From Candidatus Chisholmbacteria bacterium RIFCSPLOWO2_01_FULL_49_14 (lineage in GTDB: Bacteria > Patescibacteriota > Microgenomatia > UBA1400 > Chisholmbacteraceae), in NCBI GenBank assembly GCA_001816915.1, contig MHCL01000023.1, forward strand, positions 1 through 51,123: a stretch of DNA of 51,123 nt, in the 5' to 3' direction. Both the position numbers and the translations under genes were made by a program. Below, piece by piece: positions 26,676 to 35,220 of the stretch (its first letter is position 1; every line of letters starts with the position of its first letter). The notes beneath the pieces were generated by a model. That model was not told the origin of the DNA, ran no database searches, and worked only from the letters and a program-made list of their open reading frames with translations.

Positions 26676-26688
26676 TGATGTTCTTCGA

Positions 26689-27018
26689 TCAGCTGAAGTC
26701 AGCACCAGATTCGTCGTGTCTTCCGTCACTGGCTATGCTCGTGTCTTCTCCAACAATTCGAGAACCACGTCGTTTACCTTTATAATTACGTCTGGTCTTG
26801 TCTGGATAAAGATCTTCTATGGAAATACCAAAGGCTCGTTCTATTGCTTCTTCATCCGGCAATCCGGCTTCAGGAATAGGAATGCCTCTTTGCTCAGCTA
26901 ATCTTTGCTCAATTTCCTCAGCGGTGATACCGGACGCATCAGCCAGTGTCGGGATAAACCTCCTCTTTGAGGTATACATGCGCCATCTGGTTTCGCCTTC
27001 CAGTGTTTGTCCTGACAT
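26689..27018 (-). CDS. Hypothetical protein
   Basis: 109-aa ORF ending 4 nt upstream of lon on the same strand. No motif recognised. Confidence 0.4.
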   Translation of the reverse strand: MSGQTLEGETRWRMYTSKRRFIPTLADASGITAEEIEQRLAEQRGIPIPEAGLPDEEAIERAFGISIEDLYPDKTRRNYKGKRRGSRIVGEDTSIASDGRHDESGADFS

Positions 27019-27022
27019 ATGA

Positions 27023-29419
27023 CTATTTTAACGCAATCTTTAGAACTTCATCCATGTGGGAGACGAAGTGAAAGGTTAAATCCTTTTTAACGGGGTCGGG
27101 AACTTCAACCAAATCTTTCTTGTTGTCTTTCGGAAGGATCAATTCCTTCAAACCCGCGCGGTGCGCGGCGATGACTTTCTCTTTGACGCCGCCGATTTCC
27201 AAGACCCTTCCCCGCAAGGTGACTTCGCCGGTCATCCCGACTTCCCTCCTCGTCGGCCGTTTGGTGAGCGCCGAAACCAGAGCGGTGGTGATGGTGACGC
27301 CCGCAGAGGGCCCGTCTTTCGGTACCGCCCCTTCGGGTACGTGAATGTGCACGTCGATTGATTTATGGAAATTCTGCTTCAACTTGAGATGCTGCCAACG
27401 GGAACGGACATAGGAAACCGCCGCCTGTCCGGATTCCTTCATCACTTCGCCCAATTGACCGGTCAAGATGAGCTTTCCTCTCCCCGGCATAAGCGCCACC
27501 TCAACAAAGAGGATGTCGCCTCCGGCCTGAGTCCAAGCAAGTCCGGTCGCCAAACCCACCTCATCACGTTTTTCCGCCAAGGTTTCGCTGAATTTCTCCG
27601 GACCGAGATATTCATTGACGCTCGTCTTGGTGACCGTAACTTTTCCTCGTTTGCCTTCCGCAATCCTGCGGGCAATTTTACGGCTCACTTTTGCCAATTC
27701 CCGCTCCAAGTTGCGGACCCCAGCCTCTCTCGTGTAGCGCTTGATGATGTGTCTCAGGGTAACAGCCTGAATCTCAACTTGCTTCTCCGTCAAGCCATTG
27801 GCGGTGAGGACCTTGCGGATCAGATGACTTTTGGCGATGTGGTATTTTTCATCTTCCGTATACCCGGCGAAACGGATGACTTCGAGCCTGTCCCGCAGGG
27901 CCGGCGGGATGGTGTCCAAGACGTTGGCCGTGGTGATGAACATCACCTCAGAGAGATCAAAGGAGACCTCCAAATAGTGGTCGGAGAAGTCTTTGTTCTG
28001 TTCGGGATCGAGGGCTTCCAGAAGAGCAGCCGACGGATCTCCGCGAAAATCGGCTCCCACCTTATCGATTTCGTCGAGCATGAAGACCGGGTTCTTACTT
28101 CCCGTGGTGCGAATCCCTTGGATGATCCTGCCCGGCAAGGCTCCGACGTAGGTTCTTCGATGTCCCCTGATCTCCGCCTCATCGCGGATTCCTCCCAGAG
28201 AGATCTTAATGAATTTGCGACCCAGCGATTTTGCGATGGAACGGCCGATTGACGTCTTGCCGACTCCCGGAGGACCGACAAAACAAAGGATTGTCGGAAT
28301 GGAACGATCAGTTTTCAGTTCACCGTCTTCCGTTTCCTTTCCGGCCGTCTTTTTGGCTGCGGGTTTCATCGCCTTGATTTTTAAGACCGCGAGATATTCG
28401 AGTATCCGTTCTTTGACTTCCTTCAAACCGTAGTGATCGGCCTCCAGAACCTTTTGCGCGCTTTTCATCAAGACATTGTTTTCACTGCGTATGCTCCACG
28501 GCATGTCCACGATGGTTTCGAGCCAGGTTCGAATGTATCCAGACTCCGGGTTGTGCGCCGACATTTGAGAGAGGCGGGCGAGCTCCTTTTCCGCTTTTTC
28601 CCTGGCTATTTTCGGCATTTTGGCTTCGATGATCTTTTTCTTTAATTCTTTGACCTCCTCATCCTCTTCCGTTTCCTCCCCCAATTCCTTTTGGATGGTT
28701 TTCATCCGTTCCCGCAGAACCGCTTCCCGCATGCTTTTATCGAATTTCTTTTGTGTTTTTGTGGCTATCTTGCGTTCGATCTCCAGGACTTTTATTTCGT
28801 GCGTCAGATAATCGAGGGTTTTTTCGAGACGCTCACGAACGTTGAGCATTTCCAAGAGACCTTGTTTTTCGTGAGTTTTGATATCAAGAGAGGAGGCAAT
28901 CTGATCGGCCAGTTCGGAGGCTTTGACATCTCCCATGAGCTTCATGAAGCTTAAGAATTCCACCGATTTTCCCAGATTGACGGCTTTTTTGAACTCATTT
29001 GCCAGATGTTTGCAGATGGCCTCCACCTCTCTGGAATCTTCCGAAATCTCCGGAAGCGAAGAGACTTCCGCCTGAAAGTAATCGCCGCCGGTCTCGACGT
29101 TGACAATTCTTACACGGCTCACGCCTTTGACGATGGCGTTGATCTCGCCGTCGGATTTGAGCGTTCGTTCGATCAGGCTTAAGGTGCCGATTTTATAGAG
29201 GTGTTCCGGCAGAGGATCGGAGATCGTGGAATTTTTCTGGGTGACGAAGACGACTTGACGGTTCGTTTCAAAGGCGACCGTGACGCCGGCGACTGATTTT
29301 TTCCTGCCGAAGACCAACACCTGCTCCGTGTGGGGAAAGACGACTCCCTCGCGAATAGCTACCAGCGGAAGCCGATTGGTTGAATCGCTTCCCGTTTGTC
29401 TGTTCAGTAGTACAGCCAT
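27023..29419 (-). CDS. lon: ATP-dependent Lon protease
   Basis: 798 aa. GPPGVGKTS Walker A, MLDEIDK Walker B, and PKDGPSAGV catalytic-serine motif. Confidence 0.97.
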   Translation of the reverse strand: MAVLLNRQTGSDSTNRLPLVAIREGVVFPHTEQVLVFGRKKSVAGVTVAFETNRQVVFVTQKNSTISDPLPEHLYKIGTLSLIERTLKSDGEINAIVKGVSRVRIVNVETGGDYFQAEVSSLPEISEDSREVEAICKHLANEFKKAVNLGKSVEFLSFMKLMGDVKASELADQIASSLDIKTHEKQGLLEMLNVRERLEKTLDYLTHEIKVLEIERKIATKTQKKFDKSMREAVLRERMKTIQKELGEETEEDEEVKELKKKIIEAKMPKIAREKAEKELARLSQMSAHNPESGYIRTWLETIVDMPWSIRSENNVLMKSAQKVLEADHYGLKEVKERILEYLAVLKIKAMKPAAKKTAGKETEDGELKTDRSIPTILCFVGPPGVGKTSIGRSIAKSLGRKFIKISLGGIRDEAEIRGHRRTYVGALPGRIIQGIRTTGSKNPVFMLDEIDKVGADFRGDPSAALLEALDPEQNKDFSDHYLEVSFDLSEVMFITTANVLDTIPPALRDRLEVIRFAGYTEDEKYHIAKSHLIRKVLTANGLTEKQVEIQAVTLRHIIKRYTREAGVRNLERELAKVSRKIARRIAEGKRGKVTVTKTSVNEYLGPEKFSETLAEKRDEVGLATGLAWTQAGGDILFVEVALMPGRGKLILTGQLGEVMKESGQAAVSYVRSRWQHLKLKQNFHKSIDVHIHVPEGAVPKDGPSAGVTITTALVSALTKRPTRREVGMTGEVTLRGRVLEIGGVKEKVIAAHRAGLKELILPKDNKKDLVEVPDPVKKDLTFHFVSHMDEVLKIALK

Positions 29420-29427
29420 AGAATATT

Positions 29428-29461
29428 TAGCAGTATAAATTATGGAGTGCTAATTGTCAAC
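29428..29461 (-). promoter_or_regulatory. CIRCE-like operator overlapping a sigma70-type promoter of lon
   Basis: TTAGCAGTA-N9-GAGTGCTAA (29428-29454), compared with the CIRCE consensus TTAGCACTC-N9-GAGTGCTAA. On the minus strand TTGACA (29461-29456), a 17-nt spacer and TATACT (29438-29433) sit about 14 nt before the ATG. Confidence 0.7.
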
Positions 29462-29572
29462 GGCTGAATTCCCTCTCTGATGTATTTCATTAAGACTCAT
29501 TAATCTTTCCAGGAAACTCTTGAGGAAGATCCTCTCCCATCGTAGCATACTCTGAATTTCTGAGGCAACCGC

Positions 29573-30025
29573 TTACTCCCCTTCTTTTTCCCGCGAGTCG
29601 AGGATGATGGTCACCGGACCGTCGTTTACAAGAGAAAGGCGCATGTACGCTCCGAAGTCTCCGGTTTGGATGGGTATGGCCGTTTCCCGCAGCCTCCGTA
29701 CTAACTCATCATAGAGCATGCGGGCAAGATCTGGCGGCGCCGCATCGATGAAGCTAGGACGATTGCCTTTTCTGGTACGGGCATAGAGCGTGAATTGCGA
29801 GACGACGAGAAGCTCACCGGCTACCTCTTTCAGCGATTTGTTCATCTTTCCGTCTTCATCGCTCATGACCCGCAAGTTGATTATCTTTTGGGATAGGTAG
29901 CGGGCGTCATCAAGCGTATCGGCGTGGGTTGCCGCGACCAGAACCAGGTATCCCTTGCCGATCGACCGCTGTTTGCCGCCGCTTGTGACACTCGCATGAT
30001 CAACACGCTGAATGACGGCTCGCAT
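29573..30025 (-). CDS. dtd: D-aminoacyl-tRNA deacylase
   Basis: MRAVIQRV N-terminus, SQFTLYA and NDGPVT motifs. 150 aa. Confidence 0.92.
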   Translation of the reverse strand: MRAVIQRVDHASVTSGGKQRSIGKGYLVLVAATHADTLDDARYLSQKIINLRVMSDEDGKMNKSLKEVAGELLVVSQFTLYARTRKGNRPSFIDAAPPDLARMLYDELVRRLRETAIPIQTGDFGAYMRLSLVNDGPVTIILDSREKEGE

Positions 30026-30027
30026 AG

Positions 30028-30594
30028 CTACATGGTCCTCATATTCGGGAAGATTACTGATGCCATTTTTCCGATGACAAAGCCGAGGACGGCAGCGGAG
30101 AGGGAGACTGTGACCATTTCGAAACCGCTTTGCAGGGGATTGGTTTGCGTGAGTTTGGCTTTTCCGACACCGACGAGAAACAAGGTGGTGATGGTCGCAA
30201 TAATCGAGACAAACAGCGCAGATTGAATCGGAAGGATGAGATACGGCACGATCGGTACTGCGCCGCCCATGATGTAGGCGACGCCCATGGCAAGCGCGTC
30301 TTTGGTCGGACCGCCTTTTTGATCATGGTTCAAACGGATGAACTTGTGGAGCGCATGTTTGGCTTTGCGGGCAAGATTTGCCTCTGCCTCGGATTTGTTG
30401 GAGAGGTACGTACCGGCAGCCATGGACAACGACTCGACAGCGACAAGTACAATACCCGACAAAATGATCACGAAGCGATCCTGTGTGCCTACAGCGATAC
30501 CGGTGATCACACCCAGCGTCGAAACCAGTCCGTCCTCGAGTCCGAAGATCACTTCGCGTATACGGGAGAGAATCATGCGTGTCAGGTTATCCAT
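30028..30594 (-). CDS. VIT1/CCC1-family iron/manganese transporter
   Basis: FGLEDGLVSTLGVITG motif and five TM segments. Confidence 0.8.
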   Translation of the reverse strand: MDNLTRMILSRIREVIFGLEDGLVSTLGVITGIAVGTQDRFVIILSGIVLVAVESLSMAAGTYLSNKSEAEANLARKAKHALHKFIRLNHDQKGGPTKDALAMGVAYIMGGAVPIVPYLILPIQSALFVSIIATITTLFLVGVGKAKLTQTNPLQSGFEMVTVSLSAAVLGFVIGKMASVIFPNMRTM

Positions 30595-30697
30595 TTTTAC
30601 ATCATTATACTTTTACCGTTCGTGTTGTTCCACAAGCAGAGGAACGTAGATTCCGGTTCATTTGCATGCGCGACCGATTTGCATTACTATAAAAGCA

Positions 30698-31297
30698 ATG
30701 GCGCAAACTATCGTCGGAAGGTTAGAGGAACATAATCAGCAAATACAGGCGCTGTCGCCCACCGAAGAGTCTCTTTCGCAAGTCCCCGATGATTCGGCCC
30801 TACCGGTCACGACCTTTCTTTCATTGAGCATCTTTATTTTCTTTTTTGTGGTGGTTTTCTTGGGTTTCTTGCCTTTGGTCATTGAACGCTTCCGCGATTT
30901 CAAACGCTTCCAAATGGCGCTTCTGGTCGCCTTTGTGGCCGGAGCCATACCGTTGACGATGGGCATGGTTTTGCAGCGGAGCGGAGTATTAACCAAGGCG
31001 TCAGTATTGGAAACCCCGCAAGATGTCCAAGTTTCGGGTATCAGCACGGAGTCCTTCCGCGTGACTTGGGAAACAACCGATACGCAATACGGGGCGCTGC
31101 GATACGGCAATGAACCCTTCAGCGAAGCACTGGAACAGACGGCTCTGGAGGTCGGGGGGCTGCAGCGCACCAATGAACATTCGGTGGTCGTTAAGAACCT
31201 TGAGCCGGATACCGATTACTACTTTGAACTTCTTTCCGGAGCCCATTGGTTTGATCAGGGCGGGGTTCTCCTCTCCGTCCATACGCTTGCCGATTAG
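30698..31297 (+). CDS. Membrane-anchored fibronectin type III domain protein
   Basis: A TM segment followed by VQVSGISTESFRVTWETTDTQYGALRYG...LEPDTDYYFEL (FN3 / PAP-N-like). An alternative start is at 30662. Confidence 0.55.
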   Translation: MAQTIVGRLEEHNQQIQALSPTEESLSQVPDDSALPVTTFLSLSIFIFFFVVVFLGFLPLVIERFRDFKRFQMALLVAFVAGAIPLTMGMVLQRSGVLTKASVLETPQDVQVSGISTESFRVTWETTDTQYGALRYGNEPFSEALEQTALEVGGLQRTNEHSVVVKNLEPDTDYYFELLSGAHWFDQGGVLLSVHTLAD

Positions 31298-31390
31298 CGT
31301 ACGTTTTCACGCAAAGATACCCCGCATTAGGGACTCGCTTCATGCGTTCGTAGTCCGTTATAGATTTCAGAGAGAGATGCGATTTAAAGT

Positions 31391-31756
31391 TTACTTCAGA
31401 GCGGCAAGGGCTTCAGCGGCCACTTTTTGCGGGGTATATTGCTGTTTGCTCATGAAGGCAAGGGCGCCGAGCTTGATCGCCTTCTTGGGATTGTCTCCTT
31501 GGTCAAAGTTGCTGACGATGATGACCGGAATCGACTTGGTCTCCGCATCAGATTTTAAATCCTTGAGAACGGAGAGGCCGATTTTTTCCGGCAAGATGAC
31601 ATCCATGAGAATCATATCCGGCTTTTCCAGTTTGGCCATTTCAAATCCCATTTTTCCGTCGGTCGCGACGACGACCTGCGCGCCGAGGAGTTCGAGTTCC
31701 GTTTTATAGAGCTTTAGGAGGTTGCGGTCGTCTTCTACCAAGAGTAATTTGGCCAT
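31391..31756 (-). CDS. Response regulator, receiver domain only
   Basis: 121 aa. It has LLVEDD, the phospho-acceptor motif ILMDVILP and a conserved K near the C-terminus. There is no output domain. Confidence 0.85.
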   Translation of the reverse strand: MAKLLLVEDDRNLLKLYKTELELLGAQVVVATDGKMGFEMAKLEKPDMILMDVILPEKIGLSVLKDLKSDAETKSIPVIIVSNFDQGDNPKKAIKLGALAFMSKQQYTPQKVAAEALAALK

Positions 31757-31825
31757 ATTTTTCCTTTCAGCATCGATATGAATTCGGGTTCTCCTATTCA
31801 GCGTAGCATACCTTCTTGCCGGCTT

Positions 31826-33502
31826 TCAACTCTTTGGGGCCGGCAGGGTAAAAGAGAAGGTTGAGCCTTTGCCCAACGCCGACTCACCCCAAATCTTTCC
31901 GCCATGGGCTTCGACGATACCCTTGGCGATCACCAATCCCAAACCGGTGCCTTCCGCGGTTCTTGTCTTATTTGACTCAAGCTGGCCGAATTTTGAGAAT
32001 AGGCGACCCAAATCTTTCTCCTCAATTCCGGGACCGGTATCGCTAACCGTGATTTTCAAACCTTTATCCTCCTGGACCAACGCGATCTCCACCTTCCCAT
32101 TTTGGGTAAACTTTATAGCGTTTGATACCAGATTGGTAATGACCTGGCCGATGCGGACCGGATCAAAAGTCGCCAAGACCACCTTATCAGGTACTTTGGT
32201 CTCCAGCGACAACCCTTTTTCGACTGCCAGAGCTTGGAATTCTTTTGCCTTGTGAAGAATGAGGTCCGCCATGTTCGTTTCTCTGGGGGAGATTTGGAAT
32301 TTCCCGGCTTCGATTTTTGCGACATCCAAGAGGTCGGTGACAATGGCCAGCATATCCTTGGCGCTGTCTTCGATCATATGGAGGTAATCCGTCTGCTTCT
32401 CTTTGGGAAAATCCTTTTCATGTTCCCGGAGCGCCGAACTGGCGCCGCGCACCGCGGTCAACGGCGAGCGAAGTTCGTGAACCATCATAGCCGTGAAATC
32501 TTCCCGCAGCCGTTCGAGCTCTTTTTCCTTGGAAATATCATGCAGGGCGACGACCGCGCCGATCAACTGTCCGCGCCGGTCCTTGACGGGAGAAACAAAG
32601 GCTTTGAGCACACGGTCATCCATGACGATTTCATCGGTAACCACCAATCCGTCTTTCTTCCTGGCTTCGTCGATTTTGGCTTTGAGGTCAAACTTCTGCT
32701 TCCAGGCATCAAGTACGGAAAAAATCGATGGCTCCGGTTCGCCGAGGTGTAAAAATTCCTTGGCGGCAGGATTGATGATTGATAGCTTGGTTTCATTATC
32801 AACCATGATGACGCCTTCGGACATCGATTCCACCATCGCCGACAGTTTTCCCTTCTCTGTTTCCAAGACGTGTTTCAATTTGGAGACCGCGGTTGAGGCT
32901 TGGGTGACGATTTTGTAAAGAATCGTCATCTCGTCTTCCTTGTAGAGGCCTTGGCCGGTCGAAGCGATGTTTAAGAGGCCCGCCAGCTTTTCGTTGATAA
33001 CGATCGGGATGTTAAAGAAGGACCCGACTAGACGCGGATTCTGGTCGTCGATGACGGTTCCGGTGTTTTCTTGGGTGAACGGACGCTCCCTGATCGTGGG
33101 TCCTCCGAGGGCTTCCAGAGACGCCAACATGTTGTCTTTGACCTGATTGATGAAGGTGCCGCCGACGGATTCTTCCAGGTGAATTTTGAAGATCAACTTT
33201 TCCTGGCTGACGAGCATCGAAGAGACAGCAGAGTAGGAAAAGAGTTTACCGATTGAATTGGCGATGATATCGACGATTTTGGCTTCATTCAACTCGTAGC
33301 CGAAGCGCTCCCCGAGCTCGCGCAGGATTTCGGATTCGTAGGCTTCCCGCTTGAGCTGCCCTTCCCGCTCACTGAGCTTCTCTTTGGAGCGCTTTTCGGA
33401 CCTCATTGAGGACGCCACCAGATATGCCGCTCCGGCCAAGAGACAGACGAAGAGAATTACCGCGATGAGGACAGGCAGTTCCATACCTCTACCTTGCGCC
33501 AA
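31826..33502 (-). CDS. Sensor histidine kinase (TM, GAF-like, PAS, HisKA, HATPase_c)
   Basis: H box HELRSPLTAV, N box NLVSNAIKFT, G boxes DTGPGI and GTGLGL. Confidence 0.9.
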   Translation of the reverse strand: MAQGRGMELPVLIAVILFVCLLAGAAYLVASSMRSEKRSKEKLSEREGQLKREAYESEILRELGERFGYELNEAKIVDIIANSIGKLFSYSAVSSMLVSQEKLIFKIHLEESVGGTFINQVKDNMLASLEALGGPTIRERPFTQENTGTVIDDQNPRLVGSFFNIPIVINEKLAGLLNIASTGQGLYKEDEMTILYKIVTQASTAVSKLKHVLETEKGKLSAMVESMSEGVIMVDNETKLSIINPAAKEFLHLGEPEPSIFSVLDAWKQKFDLKAKIDEARKKDGLVVTDEIVMDDRVLKAFVSPVKDRRGQLIGAVVALHDISKEKELERLREDFTAMMVHELRSPLTAVRGASSALREHEKDFPKEKQTDYLHMIEDSAKDMLAIVTDLLDVAKIEAGKFQISPRETNMADLILHKAKEFQALAVEKGLSLETKVPDKVVLATFDPVRIGQVITNLVSNAIKFTQNGKVEIALVQEDKGLKITVSDTGPGIEEKDLGRLFSKFGQLESNKTRTAEGTGLGLVIAKGIVEAHGGKIWGESALGKGSTFSFTLPAPKS

Positions 33503-33517
33503 CCGGGACAGTACGAC

Positions 33518-33820
33518 TCAAGAAACACCCGGGACTTTGATCCAGGGACATTGCCGCAGCAGCGGTTGGAGCGTTTTGACGACAACTTTATTGGACAGAC
33601 CGACGAATTGATCGACGACCCCCTGAACAACTGCCTGCGGATCTCCTTCGATGGCCTCGACCTGACCTGTGTCCGCGACAGTCAATCCCGGCACGCCGCG
33701 CGCGATTTTGACCACCACGTGATCGTCAAGCACCTGATTGAGCTCCTGGAGCATGTCGGTGATAATTTGGCGGTACTGCTCGTTTGCTTTTTGCGCTGGT
33801 GTTGCGGAATTGCCGTTCAT
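33518..33820 (-). CDS. Hypothetical protein
   Basis: 100-aa ORF whose start overlaps the upstream gene stop (ATGA). It sits immediately upstream of the kinase. Confidence 0.45.
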   Translation of the reverse strand: MNGNSATPAQKANEQYRQIITDMLQELNQVLDDHVVVKIARGVPGLTVADTGQVEAIEGDPQAVVQGVVDQFVGLSNKVVVKTLQPLLRQCPWIKVPGVS

Positions 33821-34107
33821 ATTTGTTCCAAGCGTTTTTGAATTTCGCGATGAAAGTGCGGAAAGTAGCGGTCAATCATCGTGTAATCAAACTGCGCAAG
33901 GATCTCTTCTTTCGGTTCATTCTCCAGGAGGAATTCGAAGGCTTTTTCGATTAAGAGTTCCGGCTTCACATCTCCGTCGGTCGTGCGCTGATAATCGGCC
34001 CGATTGAGCGTCACCAAATGCTCGGTCTGCGATTTCTCCTCACTGACGACCACCTTGAATTTCATCAACTGGTTTTCCAGGACTTTAATCACCGTGATAT
34101 CGGCCAT
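33817..34107 (-). CDS. Hypothetical protein
   Basis: The start is taken at MADITVIK (34107). The longer track ORF would overlap the divergent era gene. Confidence 0.45.
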   Translation of the reverse strand: MADITVIKVLENQLMKFKVVVSEEKSQTEHLVTLNRADYQRTTDGDVKPELLIEKAFEFLLENEPKEEILAQFDYTMIDRYFPHFHREIQKRLEQI

Positions 34108-34179
34108 ACCTTTCCTCCAGTATGGCATATTTCCGCCCGACTTGGCAAACCCCCCTCTATAGTATGATAGGTGTACTTT

Positions 34180-35046
34180 ATGAACGCGCACTCATCCTAC
34201 AAGGTCGGAAAAGCCGCCATCGTCGGGCGTCCGAATGTGGGCAAGTCCACGCTCCTCAATGCCTTAGTCCAGCACAAGGTGGCGATTGTCTCCGCCAAGC
34301 CGCAGACGACCCGATCCCAGATCGTGGCCTTCCTTGAAGACGAGCGGGGGCAAATCTTTTTTATCGATACGCCGGGTTTTTACGCGGCAAAGGCTGGAAC
34401 CAGCCAATATAACTCGCTGATCTCCCAGTCCATCGAAGAGGCAGACATTATCGTGTATCTGGTTGACCGCACACGGGATTGGGGGCAGGAGGAGGAGCGG
34501 ATCTGGAATCAGATTGAGGCGAGTGAAAAACCGGTGCTGTTGACGCTGAATAAAATTGACGTTTCACAGCCGGATTACTCCAGGAATTATTTGGCTCTTC
34601 TGGAAAAACGGGTCAAAGGCGTGGTCGCGCTTTCCGCACTGCAGGAGAAGAATTTAAAACCCCTTGTCGATGGGATTTTTTCTCTGCTTCCCAAAGGGAA
34701 GCGCGACAAGACCGTTGATTATTTCCCCTCTCCTTTAATTTCTCAATCGAGCCGGGATTGGCTGGCGGAGATCATCCGGGAAAAGGTGTACCGGTTAACC
34801 GGCCAGGAAGTTCCCTATCAGACAAGCGTTCGCGTTACCTCGATTGAAGAGCATGAAGAGACGAATACCATGGTGATCGAAGGCCAGATCATCGTTTCCA
34901 GTGAGCATTACAAACCGATGCTTATCGGACAGAAGGGGCAAAAAATAGAGCAGATCCGCAAAGCTGTACGCAGCGAGCTTGAGCTTGCAACCGACAAGAC
35001 AGTGCATGTACACCTCAAAGTCGTCACTCCCCGCGAAGTCGCATAG
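34180..35046 (+). CDS. era: GTPase Era
   Basis: GRPNVGKST (G1), DTPG (G3), NKID (G4) and a C-terminal KH domain. An alternative start is at 34171. Confidence 0.92.
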   Translation: MNAHSSYKVGKAAIVGRPNVGKSTLLNALVQHKVAIVSAKPQTTRSQIVAFLEDERGQIFFIDTPGFYAAKAGTSQYNSLISQSIEEADIIVYLVDRTRDWGQEEERIWNQIEASEKPVLLTLNKIDVSQPDYSRNYLALLEKRVKGVVALSALQEKNLKPLVDGIFSLLPKGKRDKTVDYFPSPLISQSSRDWLAEIIREKVYRLTGQEVPYQTSVRVTSIEEHEETNTMVIEGQIIVSSEHYKPMLIGQKGQKIEQIRKAVRSELELATDKTVHVHLKVVTPREVA

Positions 35047-35083
35047 GTTTTTTCTTCGAGTCTTCTGGTAAAATAGAACCACA

Positions 35084-35099
35084 TTGCGGGGTCGTCTTC
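35084..35099 (+). repeat. 16-nt duplicate of the tRNA-Gln 5' end
   Basis: CATTGCGGGGTCGTCT at 35084-35099 is identical to 35144-35159, which spans the first 13 nt of the tRNA plus 3 upstream nt. The offset is 60 bp. Confidence 0.8.
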
Positions 35100-35146
35100 C
35101 GATCCACTCGACTTTAGGTCGGTGATCGTGAATACTCGACAAGCAT

Positions 35147-35220
35147 TGCGGGGTCGTCTAATGGTAGGACACATCCCTCTGGAGGATGGTATCGGGGTTC
35201 GAATCCCTGCCCCGCAGCCA
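35147..35220 (+). tRNA. tRNA-Gln (anticodon CUG), CCA encoded
   Basis: Hand-folded 74-nt cloverleaf: U1-A72 acceptor pair, discriminator G73, CATCC-CTCTGGA-GGATG anticodon arm, CGGGG-TTCGAAT-CCCTG T arm. Confidence 0.9.

Noticed and set aside
27120-28954. Plus-strand ORFs inside lon, including the 295-aa ORF at 27365-28252
   Set aside because: They are antisense to a complete Lon protease with all catalytic motifs.
30130-30735. 201-aa plus-strand ORF
   Set aside because: It is antisense to the VIT1/CCC1 transporter gene and has no motif.
31110-31709. 199-aa plus-strand ORF
   Set aside because: It overlaps the FN3 gene out of frame and is antisense to the response regulator.
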